The notes beneath the pieces are model-generated. The model saw nothing but the letters and a program-made list of their open reading frames with translations. It did no database searches and was not told where the DNA came from. Position numbers and translations under genes: made by a program. Below are positions 39,389 through 50,025 of a DNA stretch of 64,000 nt, piece after piece. Origin of the DNA: Spirochaetia bacterium (GTDB taxonomy: Bacteria; Spirochaetota; Spirochaetia; SP-2023); contig CBDDCK010000005.1 of the NCBI GenBank assembly GCA_965225855.1, positions 1,952,001 through 2,016,000 on the forward strand, in the 5' to 3' direction. Numbering within the stretch: the first letter of the stretch is position 1; each line of letters opens with the position of its first letter.

Positions 39389-39957
39389 AAATACTAGGAC
39401 AATATAGCTTTAATAATGGTTTAGCGTATATCAATAACCAATATCCAGATTTGTTCAATGAAGTTTCCCAAGTAATTGCTAGGGTAGATGCGAATCTATG
39501 TAAAAATAAAATATCTAAAGAAAAGACTATGCAGGATAAATTACTCTATAGTCCACCTGAATTAAATAAGGAATTTAAAAGGCAATTTATGAAATTTACG
39601 GATTGGAAAAATCATAAAGTGCCATGTGAATATTCTAATCAATATTATGTGAATAACTATATTCCAGAAAAGAATACTCAAAATGCTTACCGAGATATGG
39701 ACTTTGTTAAAAGTAAATTAGGTGTTGAAGTGCAATTTGGCAAGTATTCTTTTATGGTGTACAATGTTTGCGCCAAGATGACTATATTTAAAAACTTGGG
39801 TGTTATCAATGCTGGTATAGAGATAGTACCTATTAAAAATCTAGCTCAAAATATGTCTACTGGCGTTTCTTATTTTGAGCAATTTGTATGGGATTTAGAT
39901 AATAGAGGGACTTCTAATATAGATATACCTGTCTTAATTTTAGGTATTGATAATTAG
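39385..39957 (+). CDS. BglII/BstYI family type II restriction endonuclease
   Basis: KISKEKT...LYSP..LN, DFVK..GVEVQFGKYSF, MSTGVSYFE; likely GTG start overlapping the MTase stop. Confidence 0.87.
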   Translation: MKILGQYSFNNGLAYINNQYPDLFNEVSQVIARVDANLCKNKISKEKTMQDKLLYSPPELNKEFKRQFMKFTDWKNHKVPCEYSNQYYVNNYIPEKNTQNAYRDMDFVKSKLGVEVQFGKYSFMVYNVCAKMTIFKNLGVINAGIEIVPIKNLAQNMSTGVSYFEQFVWDLDNRGTSNIDIPVLILGIDN

Positions 39958-40111
39958 TTTTATATCTATTTATAAATTATTTATTTGATACTTTTACTTT
40001 GATTTATAGATTAATAAATAAATTAAATTTTATATTATAGTAAAGACTATACCATAAAAGTATGCCTGCCACATAAATATTTAAGAGCATTTGATAGACT
40101 AAAGGACAATT

Positions 40112-40846
40112 ATGAGAGATATAAAACAAGCGGATAGCTTGGATTCTACGCTTTTTGATGATCAATTTATCGACTTAACGATTACATCGCCACCGTATAA
40201 TGTAGAAATTCAATACGGTTCAAACAATGATAATTTGGATTACGGTGAATACTTAAACTTTACCAAAGATTGGTTGATCAATGTCTTTAACTGGACTAAA
40301 TCTACAGGCCGTCTATGTTTGAATGTACCTTTAGATAAGAATAAAGGAGGGCAGCAAAGTGTAGGAGCGGATATTACTCAATTAGCTAAGGAGGTTGGGT
40401 GGAACTATCATTCTACTATTATCTGGAATGAACAGAATATCTCTCGTAGGACGGCTTGGGGTAGTTGGTTGTCTGCTTCAGCGCCATATGTGATAGCTCC
40501 GGTTGAGCTTATATTAGTATTGTATAAAGATATATGGAAGAGAAACTATAAAGGACAATCCGATATTACTAGAGATGAATTTATGCTTTGGACGAACGGA
40601 GTTTGGACTTTCAATGGCGAAAGTAAGAAACGAATCGGTCACCCTGCCCCATTTCCCCAAGAACTTCCCTATAGATGTATCAAGCTATTTTCCTATATCG
40701 GGGACTTGATATTTGACCCTTTCTTAGGCTCTGGTACAACTACTTTGGTTGCCGAAAAGTTAAACCGAAACTATATCGGTATAGAAATAGATGAAGTTTA
40801 TTATAACCTTGCTTTAGAAAGAAACAGACACAAGGCTTTATTATGA
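40112..40846 (+). CDS. Type II DNA methyltransferase (beta class)
   Basis: TSPPYNV, TAWGSWLSAS, GHPAPFP, DPFLGSGTT. Confidence 0.92.
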   Translation: MRDIKQADSLDSTLFDDQFIDLTITSPPYNVEIQYGSNNDNLDYGEYLNFTKDWLINVFNWTKSTGRLCLNVPLDKNKGGQQSVGADITQLAKEVGWNYHSTIIWNEQNISRRTAWGSWLSASAPYVIAPVELILVLYKDIWKRNYKGQSDITRDEFMLWTNGVWTFNGESKKRIGHPAPFPQELPYRCIKLFSYIGDLIFDPFLGSGTTTLVAEKLNRNYIGIEIDEVYYNLALERNRHKALL

Positions 40847-41079
40847 ATAAAGAAATAACCCAAGAAGAGATAATTAAAGAGTTTTATCAAGATAATCCTA
40901 AAAGAGATATAGTGCACCCGGAAGTAGTAGATTGGGTAACTCAAGAATATTTCAAAAGAACTGGGAAGATATTTAGAGACCCCGACCGGAGTATTAGAAA
41001 GTTAGCGCAAAGTGGTTTTGTGATAAAAGTAAAAATTCAATTATTTAGTTTATTGATTGTCAATATGATATTATGCTAG
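40843..41079 (+). pseudogene. Truncated cognate restriction endonuclease (N-terminal part of an HNH-type REase)
   Basis: ATGA-coupled to the MTase; RDIVHPEVVDWVT..Y..RTGKIFRDPDRSIRKL resembles N-termini of MTase-linked HNH nucleases; no HNH motif before the stop. Confidence 0.6.
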
Positions 41080-41208
41080 TAAAAATATGATAATAGTAGG
41101 TTGCTAGAATAATCAAACCAGATTGTTTATTAGATATTTTCAGATAGACTTATTGATTGATAAATAGCTTAAATTTGATATTATGGCAAAGGTTGGTACT
41201 GTTTTTAG

Positions 41209-43743
41209 ATGAAATACCAAAATATTCGTGAAGAAGAACTAAAAAACTTGGTGAGCCGGGATATGTTCCCTAAATTTGATTGCACTAGAATTATTGGCAA
41301 TATAGATTTTTGCGTTGGCCCCAAAAATATTAAACAAATGGATAGGCAAGCAGAGCTTTTTGCCTCGCAACCATCGTATTTGTGGGCCGAAGCTAAGAAA
41401 GGCCAAACCGACTTATATAAAGATTTGGTGCAATTGATTTTAACTATTGGCAAGGCGCGTACCTTTGACCAACACCTGCCTCCGAAATATTTGGGGGCGT
41501 TTGATGGTAATTCCATAGCCTTTATACCGTATAATGAAATTCAAGAAATATTTTATTGGAACGACTTTAATTGGAAAGTTCGCTCTTCCGATCACAATAG
41601 TAAAGAGTTTGCCTTAGTATTATCTAAGGTGCAAACTACCTTGCAGCAACAATCTTTAATCTTTGATCTGGAAGCGGATATAAAACAAATTAAAGAGTTT
41701 GTTACAAACAACTTTGTTGCAAGTAGCTTAGAAACCACCTGTAAAATACAAATTGACAAGAACAATTTTATTTCAATCTACAACAAATGGCTAAAAAAAG
41801 TAGAGCCGAGTATAAATGTAAGTTGGGAGCGAGTTAGGAATAATGGCATTCTTAGTGCCGATTTTTATCTGGCCGATTTACTTTCTCACGAAAACAAAAC
41901 CCTAAAAGAGAAACTGTTTGTATTATTACAACACGATCGTTATGAGTTAAACCGAAAGATAAATCAAGATACCGGCTTGTTTGAATCTTCTACAGTCTCA
42001 TTTAAGGATAAGCAACAAGCCCATACGGAATTTTGGAATTTGTACCAGAGACCGCCTAAGGAAGAGTATTGGGACTACATTATTGAAAGGCGCGATCTAT
42101 TAGTTCCGCAGGACATAAGAGAAAGAAAGGGAAGTTTTTTTACGCCACAGGCTTGGGTGGAACTTTCGCAAAAGTATTTGGCCGATAGTTTGGGCGAAGG
42201 CTGGCAAGATGAATTTACAGTTTGGGATTGTGCTGCCGGCACCGGCAACCTATTACATGGCTTAACTAATAAATATAATATTTGGGCCAGTACCATAGAT
42301 AAAGCCGATGTCGATATTATGTTGGATCGGGTGGAAAGTGGCGCAAACTTGCTCAAGAATCATATATTTCAGTTTGACTTCTTAAATGATAGTTGGGACA
42401 AACTTCCCAAACCATTGTTTGATATTATCAATGATCCAAAAAAAAGAAAAAAACTTCTCATCTACATAAACCCGCCTTATGCGGAAACTGCAAATAATAA
42501 AACCGCAGAGAAAGATAGAATTAATAAAAGAGGAGTATCTTTTACAAAGATTCAAGAGTTGTATAGCAAAGAGATAGGTATTGCTACTAAAGAATTATTT
42601 GCTCAATTTTTAATAAGGATTTATAAACAGATTCCTAATTGTTATATAGGTCATTTCTCAACATTGAAACTAATACAAGGCCCCAACTTTAGTAAATTTA
42701 GAGATTGTTATAAAGCTGATTTTAAGAAAGGTTTCGTTGTTCCAGCAAAGACCTTTGATAATGTCCAAGGCAATTTTCCTATAGGTTTTATGATTTGGAA
42801 TTTAGATCATCATAAGAATATAGAAAATATTGATAAAATAATCTTTGATATATTTGATGAATCTAGCATACCATTAGGAAAAAAGAAATTTCATTCCTAT
42901 AAGAAAAATAAATTTATTACAGATTGGTATAGGGCTTATCATACAAGAGAAATAGATGATAGTAATTTAGGAGCTATTGGTTTATATGGTAGTGATTTCC
43001 AACATAATAACTTCATTAGAATTACAGATAGTCAAGAACACCCTAATAGATGGACTTTTATTATCAAAGATAACTTAATGGAAACTTCTATCTACTTTTC
43101 GATTCGTCATAGTTTTGAACCTACTTGGCTCAATGATCGAGACCAATTTTTATATCCCAACGACTCATGGCAATTAGACTATGAGTTTCAAAATAACTGT
43201 TTAGCATTTACTTTGTTCCATACCCAAAACCGCATAACTTCTAATTATGGAGTTAATCATTGGATACCTTTTAGTGAAAAACAACTAGATTCGCAAGGAA
43301 AATTTGAAAGTAATTTGATAGTGGATTTTATCAATGGTAGGTTGGGCAAAGATAAAAACCATAATGGCCAATTATCAAATGGAGATCAATCAATCAAAAT
43401 ATCAGAGCATTGCCATATACCTACCGAGCCGTTAGTATTTTCTTTGGAGGCCCAGGCAGTTTTTGCAGCAGGGCAACAACTTTGGCAATACTACCACCAA
43501 ACTATCCAATTACAAGCCGATGATTCCAATCCTGCCAGTGCGGAATATAATAGAAAAATGGTCAATGCTTCCTATTACGACATCAAAGAATACTTTCAAG
43601 GCCGCAACGATAAAGGCCGAATGAACCCCAAAAGCTCTAATCCCCGCTATAATGAATTATTGGCGCAGCTTAAGAATAACATGGAAACACTCAAAGGCAA
43701 AATACAACCCAAAGTCTACCAACACGGCTTTTTGCTAGAGTGA
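41209..43743 (+). CDS. Type IIG-like fused restriction-modification enzyme (N6-adenine MTase)
   Basis: N-terminal IDF...WAEAKKG nuclease-like motif, KGSFFTP, WDCAAGTGNL, NPPY. Confidence 0.8.
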   Translation: MKYQNIREEELKNLVSRDMFPKFDCTRIIGNIDFCVGPKNIKQMDRQAELFASQPSYLWAEAKKGQTDLYKDLVQLILTIGKARTFDQHLPPKYLGAFDGNSIAFIPYNEIQEIFYWNDFNWKVRSSDHNSKEFALVLSKVQTTLQQQSLIFDLEADIKQIKEFVTNNFVASSLETTCKIQIDKNNFISIYNKWLKKVEPSINVSWERVRNNGILSADFYLADLLSHENKTLKEKLFVLLQHDRYELNRKINQDTGLFESSTVSFKDKQQAHTEFWNLYQRPPKEEYWDYIIERRDLLVPQDIRERKGSFFTPQAWVELSQKYLADSLGEGWQDEFTVWDCAAGTGNLLHGLTNKYNIWASTIDKADVDIMLDRVESGANLLKNHIFQFDFLNDSWDKLPKPLFDIINDPKKRKKLLIYINPPYAETANNKTAEKDRINKRGVSFTKIQELYSKEIGIATKELFAQFLIRIYKQIPNCYIGHFSTLKLIQGPNFSKFRDCYKADFKKGFVVPAKTFDNVQGNFPIGFMIWNLDHHKNIENIDKIIFDIFDESSIPLGKKKFHSYKKNKFITDWYRAYHTREIDDSNLGAIGLYGSDFQHNNFIRITDSQEHPNRWTFIIKDNLMETSIYFSIRHSFEPTWLNDRDQFLYPNDSWQLDYEFQNNCLAFTLFHTQNRITSNYGVNHWIPFSEKQLDSQGKFESNLIVDFINGRLGKDKNHNGQLSNGDQSIKISEHCHIPTEPLVFSLEAQAVFAAGQQLWQYYHQTIQLQADDSNPASAEYNRKMVNASYYDIKEYFQGRNDKGRMNPKSSNPRYNELLAQLKNNMETLKGKIQPKVYQHGFLLE

Positions 43744-44138
43744 TTGAACATACCAAGTGAGAAGTATCTATGGAGTAGAGCCCTTATAAGGCCATTTGCC
43801 GCATAACATTGATTTGCATCTGTTTGCTTTTTAGCATTTTATCCCTCAAAATTAACTATAATATAAGGGAAATTTATGAAAGAAATAAAGAAAGGAGATA
43901 GTTTAGACGTACCAAGGCCGAGTTATGGCCGCTGGCCAAAAGAAAACGATTGTTGGTATTACGGCTAATCTAGTCCAAGGTCATGACCATAAAACCAGTG
44001 CAAGGACGTGAATGGATTTGTGATAGTTGTAATACGCGGGGTTAGGACGCTTTAAAGATGATACCCAGTTTTTATATCGCGTTATTGCATATTTAGAAAA
44101 AACACAATAAATAATCTATAATATAAAATAGAATCTGA

Positions 44139-44230
44139 CATGCTGTCTCAAAAAGTTGCTTTTTTCAAGCTTTAGTTGATAGTTAGCCTTTACATTAATT
44201 AGAAAAAAATTGGCTTTTTGGGACAGCATG
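44139..44230. mobile_element. Candidate MITE / IS relic (92 bp, 17-bp terminal inverted repeats)
   Basis: CATGCTGTCTCAAAAAG ... CTTTTTGGGACAGCATG (1 mismatch); no ORF. Confidence 0.5.
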
Positions 44231-44318
44231 AATATATTTAAAGAAACAAATATTAAATTCTTTAAATTCTTTGTTAATTAGATGAATTAAACGTATGTTA
44301 GACTCTACTGATTGATTT

Positions 44319-45674
44319 TCAGATTCCTCCAAAAAATATACCTAAAATAAATACCAAAATCGTAATTCCACAAAATGCATATTTTGATAAAGGTAAGAAA
44401 TAAGACTCTAGCGGTTTTTTTCGCCCTAACTGTACTTGTTCTTTTACAAACTCCGAACCACAGACCCAGAAATACATAATACCCGCAAGCACCGCTCCTA
44501 ATGGTAAGACATAAATAGACATAATATCCATCCATTTGCTTAATATGCTTGCATTTTCAATCATCAATCCAACTATAAATGAAATTCCTATAACAATTGA
44601 AACTGAAGCTAATCTTGAGAGATTGTATCTTTGTTGTAACGCTTCAACAGGAGTCTCAAGCAAATTCATTAAGGAAGTGAGTCCCGCAAATAATACGGCT
44701 ACAAAAAATAAAATTGCAATAATCTGCCCTCCAAACATGAGTTTGAATACACTTGGCATAGTAATAAACATTAGTGGAGGCCCAGCACCAGGATCTAACT
44801 GGAAAGCAAAGACTGCGGGAATTATTACTATTGCTGCTATGAGTGAGGCAAGTGTATCAAAAAAAGTAACTTGTTTTGCACATGATATAACATCTTCAGA
44901 CTGTTTGAGATAACTTCCATATACCAGTGTTCCCGAACCCCCCAATGATAAAGAAAAGAATGCCTGACCTAAAGCAAAAATCCAGGTTCTAAGATCAGCC
45001 AGTAATTCCCATTTTGGTATAAATAAATATTTATAGCCTTCTGTAGTACCATTTAATGTAAATACATATAAGGCTAAAATAGTAAATAATGCTAAAAACA
45101 AAGGTATCATAATCTTATTTGCTTTTTCAATACCTCTTGATACTCCTAATGCCATGATGAAGAATGTCACAAGTAAAATTACTGAATGCCATCCGACACT
45201 ACCAAAATTTCCAACTATGGCTCCGAAGTAAGCACCGCTATCTTTTGATGATATAACCGATCCTGTAATTGAACCTACGGTAAATTTTAGAATCCACCCC
45301 ACAACGATAGCATAACCTATGCCAACGCCAAGTGAACCTATAACTGGTATCATTCCTAAAAGACTTCCACCCTTTTTTCCTCGCATTTGAAACGCTTTCT
45401 TAAACGCACCCAATGGTCCTGATCTCATAGCACGGCCAAATGACATTTCCCCTACAACACCTGTAAGACCAATTAATACTACAAATAAGAAATAAGGAAT
45501 AAGAAACGCAGCTCCACCAAACTGGCCTACGCGATACGAAAATAGCCATATGTTACCCATACCTACGGCAGAACCAGTACAAGCAATTATAAAACCTAAT
45601 TTAGAAGTAAAGCTGTCACGACTCTGTTGCAAATCTTCTGTAACAGTTTGATTTTTTACGTCATCTTGATGCAT
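44319..45674 (-). CDS. Sodium-dependent NSS/SNF family transporter (likely tryptophan, TnaT-like)
   Basis: GSAVGMGNIWLF, GGAAFLIPY, GIEKANK, ALGQAFFSLSLG; downstream of tryptophanase. Confidence 0.92.
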   Translation of the reverse strand: MHQDDVKNQTVTEDLQQSRDSFTSKLGFIIACTGSAVGMGNIWLFSYRVGQFGGAAFLIPYFLFVVLIGLTGVVGEMSFGRAMRSGPLGAFKKAFQMRGKKGGSLLGMIPVIGSLGVGIGYAIVVGWILKFTVGSITGSVISSKDSGAYFGAIVGNFGSVGWHSVILLVTFFIMALGVSRGIEKANKIMIPLFLALFTILALYVFTLNGTTEGYKYLFIPKWELLADLRTWIFALGQAFFSLSLGGSGTLVYGSYLKQSEDVISCAKQVTFFDTLASLIAAIVIIPAVFAFQLDPGAGPPLMFITMPSVFKLMFGGQIIAILFFVAVLFAGLTSLMNLLETPVEALQQRYNLSRLASVSIVIGISFIVGLMIENASILSKWMDIMSIYVLPLGAVLAGIMYFWVCGSEFVKEQVQLGRKKPLESYFLPLSKYAFCGITILVFILGIFFGGI

Positions 45675-45719
45675 ATTGCACCTCCCTAAATTGATTCATA
45701 TTTTTACCTCCTTAACGGT

Positions 45720-46140
45720 TATTTTTGATATAGACTTTTAAAGTGGACTTGAAAATGTCTTAGTTAAGCGATTCCTATATAATTGTATATCCTGAAACGG
45801 TAGACACTCTTATACTTGGAAATAGTATACATAGCTTGGTAAATTCAAATTTTGATGGTAACTATTTTCCAGTATTGCTGTTATACCCAGTGAAAACGAT
45901 CCTATAGAAGAAACACCATGACTGATAAATCCTTCATAGATAATAGTACTATTTATTTTTGCCAATATCAGATTATCCTAATTAAGAAATCTGTAATGTT
46001 TAGTCCATCTTTTCAAAATGAGTCTGAAAGAATCTCAAAGATTCGGGTTCATATGTGAAATGCAAACCGAAAATATCCTTCACGACTCTGTTGCAAATCT
46101 TCTGTAACAGTTTGATTTTCTAAATCATCTTGATACATAT
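45720..46140 (-). pseudogene. Duplication relic: transporter 5' fragment (46081-46140) plus condensed tnaA 3' fragments (45720-45950)
   Basis: 46081-46119 identical to 45617-45655; 45785 matches 46254, 45838 matches 46358, 45924 matches 46697. Confidence 0.85.
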
Positions 46141-46186
46141 TTCATATCCTTAATGGTTTTTTATAACTCAGACTTCAATCCTTGTA

Positions 46187-47572
46187 TTAAGTTTTTGATA
46201 CAGGCTTTAAGTGGGCTTGAAAATGTCTTAATATAGGCGGTTCCCATGCAATGGTATATCCTGAAACGGTATCTGCTCTTTTTTGAATTCTCACTAAAGC
46301 ATCCACAACGAAATCAAAATGTGCTTGCGTATATACTCGGCGTGGTATGCATAATCGGGTAAATTCAAATTTTGATGGCAACTGTTTTCCAGCATTGTCA
46401 TTACCTAGTAAAAACGATCCTATATCTGCTGTTCGAATACCTCCCTCTTTATACAACTCAATCACAAGTGTCTGTCCAGGAAATTGGTGTGGTGGAATAT
46501 GAGGGAACATAGCTTGAGCATCTATATATACCCCATGTCCACCTGTAGGAAACTGACAACCAATACCCCGCTCGCGAAGCTGCGCACCTAGATATTCTGC
46601 TTGTCCAATTCGATATGCTAAGTAATTTTCATCTATTCCTTCAATCAATCCAACGGCAATACATTCAATATCGCGACCCGAAAGCCCGCCATAGCCGATA
46701 AATCCTTCATAGATAATAGTGCTATTCATCACTTCTTGTTTTAAGCGCTTATCCGATTTTATGCCGATTAATCCTCCTATGTTGACAATAGCATCTTTTT
46801 TGGAACTCATCGTAAATACATCAGAGTAAAGAAACATTTCTCTGATTATTTCCTTGATGGATACATCACTGTAACCTTCTTCTCTTTTCTTGATAAAAAA
46901 TGCATTTTCTGCACAGCGCGCAGCATCAATACAAACTATAATACCGTGATGTTTACAAATATCATAAGTCTGTTTTAGATTGTTCATTGACACTGGTTGA
47001 CCTCCAACCGAGTTATTTGTAAGTGTCATAATAACAATCCCAATGTTATCAGCTCCATATTCTTTAATCAATGATTCTAATTTTTCACAATCTATATTCC
47101 CCTTAAAAGGAAATTCTTTATTCATTTCCTCTGCTTCAGGAATGCTACAATCAATGACTTGCGCTCCAGCTATTTCTGCGTGAGCTCTTGTAGTATCAAA
47201 GTGCGTGTTGGCAATAGAATATTTACCTTTTTTTATAATAAGTGGCAATAAGACTTTTTCTGCAGCTCGGCCTTGATGTACCGGTTGAATGTATTCATAA
47301 CCAAAAATATCTTGTGCTGTTGTTACAAGTTTTCGATGGCTTGAAGACCCTGCATATGCTTCATCACCTGCCATAAGCGCAGCCCATTGATTCTGGCTCA
47401 TAGCTCCTGTACCACTATCTGTTAGTAGATCTATGTATACATCTTCGGAACGAAGATTAAATACATTGTATTGTGCATCAATTATTTTTTGCTCTCGTTC
47501 TTTTGAGGTAAGCCATTGTATAGTCTCTACCGACTTAATTCTAAATGGCTCGGGGATGTAGCGTTTAACCAT
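46187..47572 (-). CDS. tnaA: Tryptophanase
   Basis: [32 protein letters not shown] (PLP lysine); C-terminal LRHF is typical of TnaA rather than tyrosine phenol-lyase (LRFF); ATG at 47572 after AGGGAG (ORF track extends to 47590). Confidence 0.88.
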   Translation of the reverse strand: MVKRYIPEPFRIKSVETIQWLTSKEREQKIIDAQYNVFNLRSEDVYIDLLTDSGTGAMSQNQWAALMAGDEAYAGSSSHRKLVTTAQDIFGYEYIQPVHQGRAAEKVLLPLIIKKGKYSIANTHFDTTRAHAEIAGAQVIDCSIPEAEEMNKEFPFKGNIDCEKLESLIKEYGADNIGIVIMTLTNNSVGGQPVSMNNLKQTYDICKHHGIIVCIDAARCAENAFFIKKREEGYSDVSIKEIIREMFLYSDVFTMSSKKDAIVNIGGLIGIKSDKRLKQEVMNSTIIYEGFIGYGGLSGRDIECIAVGLIEGIDENYLAYRIGQAEYLGAQLRERGIGCQFPTGGHGVYIDAQAMFPHIPPHQFPGQTLVIELYKEGGIRTADIGSFLLGNDNAGKQLPSKFEFTRLCIPRRVYTQAHFDFVVDALVRIQKRADTVSGYTIAWEPPILRHFQAHLKPVSKT

Positions 47573-47884
47573 ATATTTCTCCCTATACAATTATCTAAAA
47601 ATCAATATTATAAATAATATGGAAAATTCTATTTATGTCAATAGAATTTTCCATAAATAAAGAAATAAAAATCCTTAGGCTTTCTATAACTTCCCGCAAT
47701 ACTACTTTGGTTTTGTATAGACCAAAATATGATCGATACCAAAAAGCAATCAATAAGATTCTGCCATTATTATCGTAATCGTGTTCTACCATTGCTTGAG
47801 CTTGCCCCAAAAATTAAAATTGCTAAAGCGCGATAACTATAGGACTTTAGGCATATACCCAAAGCACTCCGGCTATTCACGCAA

Positions 47885-47986
47885 AGAGCCGAACTTATTC
47901 ACGGTCTGCGCCTCGGCTAAATACGGGAATAAGTTTGGACAAATACGGGGAGAGCTTCGGCTAAATACGCAAATAAGTTTGGCTCT
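47885..47986. repeat. 102-bp element with 15-bp terminal inverted repeats and internal 26-bp direct repeat
   Basis: AGAGCCGAACTTATT ... AATAAGTTTGGCTCT; TCGGCTAAATACGnnAATAAGTTTGG at 47913 and 47957. Confidence 0.65.
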
Positions 47987-48150
47987 GTAATTAAATAGAT
48001 TATACTTATATAGTATAACAAGATAGGAGAAACACTATGAACAAAAATCTAAGCTTTGAACACTTGCAAAAATTAATCAAGAGCAAGCCCAACGATAATG
48101 TTTATTTTATCTAGCCCCTTCGCATTTTGCTGCTGATGAAAGCAGGCTGC

Positions 48151-49353
48151 TTAACTTTTTACATTATTTAAAACCGCTTTCAAGCCATAAGAAATAGCAT
48201 TGATAATCTCTATTTTGTTATCCATCTCATCTACATAAACGCTGCTTTGAAGTAATGATTTTATATCATTGGTTCTGATTAAAAATGCTTTTTTCGATTG
48301 TTTCACTTTTACTGCTCTGCTCAAAAGTGTTACTGCTTCTTCCAAAGTTTCATGCTCTTTTTGAATGCGGATCAATATCGGTGAATTTTGGTAAGTTTCT
48401 TTTAATATAGCATCTATGCCATTATTTCTTTGGACTGGAATATATTCTATATCATACAAAAGTTTTTCTACTAGACTATCTACATTTTGATATGCAGTTT
48501 TGCCTTTCTGCAATAAACACGATTCACTTTTTATTGGATTTTTTAACCTTGCATAAGTTACTTTTATGGCATCTTCTGAAATATCCATACCGATAACTTT
48601 TCTATTTTTTAATTTTCCAGCAACCAAAGTTGTGCCACTTCCACAAAATGGATCAAGAATTATATCCCCTTCATCTGATGCTATTTCAATAATTCTTTCT
48701 AATAATAGAATCGGTTTTTGAGTTGGATAGCCCACCCTTTCTTTCGCTTTTGGATTCAAGTATGGAATCTCCCAAACATCATTCAGAGGCACGCCTTTTT
48801 TTGCTCCATTATTTATTGTGTTTCCATTCCCATCTTTTGCATATACAGTTTTACCATCACTATTTCTAACTCGTTTTTGTAAAATTTGATCAATATTTGT
48901 CGTTTCTGAATAATTATTGTAAATGGTAGTAAATTTAAAGTTTTGGCTTTTAGAATAAAAATATATGGTTTGATGAGAAGGCAATAAACCTTTTTTAGCA
49001 TTTGACCACCTCTTATAGTACCAAATAATTTCAGACTGAAATTGTTTTACACCAAAAACATCATCTAACAAAATTTTAGCAATATAAGCAGAATTTTTAT
49101 CACAATGAACAAAAATGCTTCCAGTATTTTTTAAAACTCTTTTTAACTCGATCAATCGGAAATATAAAAAATTAGCATACTCTTCATTACTATACCATAC
49201 ATCTTTGTAGGAAAATTCTTTACTTCCGTCTCTGGTCTTCAATTTTTGCACTTTGTTCGTAAAAAATGGCGGGTCTAAATAAATTAAATCAATACTATCA
49301 TTTTTAAAATCTTTTAATAATTCTAAACAATCTCCTTGTAAAATTTTTGCCAT
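48151..49353 (-). CDS. Type II DNA methyltransferase (N6-A/N4-C, beta class)
   Basis: YLDPPF, GYPTQKP, DPFCGSGTT. Confidence 0.93.
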   Translation of the reverse strand: MAKILQGDCLELLKDFKNDSIDLIYLDPPFFTNKVQKLKTRDGSKEFSYKDVWYSNEEYANFLYFRLIELKRVLKNTGSIFVHCDKNSAYIAKILLDDVFGVKQFQSEIIWYYKRWSNAKKGLLPSHQTIYFYSKSQNFKFTTIYNNYSETTNIDQILQKRVRNSDGKTVYAKDGNGNTINNGAKKGVPLNDVWEIPYLNPKAKERVGYPTQKPILLLERIIEIASDEGDIILDPFCGSGTTLVAGKLKNRKVIGMDISEDAIKVTYARLKNPIKSESCLLQKGKTAYQNVDSLVEKLLYDIEYIPVQRNNGIDAILKETYQNSPILIRIQKEHETLEEAVTLLSRAVKVKQSKKAFLIRTNDIKSLLQSSVYVDEMDNKIEIINAISYGLKAVLNNVKS

Positions 49354-49356
49354 ATT

Positions 49357-49980
49357 TTATCTTCTAGAATTTTCTTTAGCAATTTTTTCTAAAATATCTT
49401 TTAAATCTATTTCTGTTCTATTTTTTACATATTCCCAAGCATTTTCCCCATAGTAATATTCTCCACCGATACCTTTATAAAGAGTTTCCAAAGTATTTTG
49501 AATTTTTATTGCTTGCATACGGTTTGGATAATAAAACATAATTCTTATAGGATTATAGCCAGCAGCGTGAATAACTTTAATTCTTGTATGTTCTTTGGTT
49601 ATATGGTCGCCATCCGTTGTAGCATCTCGCCATTTTATCTCTATAGCATTATTACCTTGCAAACAATCTATTTCAAAAGTCTTAGGTTTTTGCCCTATAC
49701 TATTGGGAATTTTTATTGTAGCAGAATTTGGATACTTATGGTAAAAGCATAGTTTGGTTACTTCCTCTAAAAACGATCCTGCATACTTATATAAAAACCG
49801 CCCTTTATTTTGGTATAAATCAATGAAGTACCCTTCTTCGTCTGTAACTCCTAAAACTTGATAAATTAAATAGTGGGACTTATCATCATTTTGCATTTCT
49901 ACCATTCTATCACCAATTTTTGCTTTTAAATTACTGGCATATTTTTGTGATAATTCTTTTATTTCTAGTGTTATACTCAC
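49357..49980 (-). CDS. ApaLI-like type II restriction endonuclease
   Basis: YQNKGRFLYKYAGSFLEE, FEIDCL, EIKWRDATTDGDHITKEHTR. Confidence 0.85.
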   Translation of the reverse strand: MSITLEIKELSQKYASNLKAKIGDRMVEMQNDDKSHYLIYQVLGVTDEEGYFIDLYQNKGRFLYKYAGSFLEEVTKLCFYHKYPNSATIKIPNSIGQKPKTFEIDCLQGNNAIEIKWRDATTDGDHITKEHTRIKVIHAAGYNPIRIMFYYPNRMQAIKIQNTLETLYKGIGGEYYYGENAWEYVKNRTEIDLKDILEKIAKENSRR

Positions 49981-50025
49981 TATTTTCCCTTAAAATTTGT
50001 GGTGAATGTTTGGATAAAATCCTAG

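Noticed and set aside
47595..47810. Possible TnaC-like leader peptide upstream of tnaA
   Set aside because: Lacks the W-x3-D...P-stop arrangement and is much longer than TnaC
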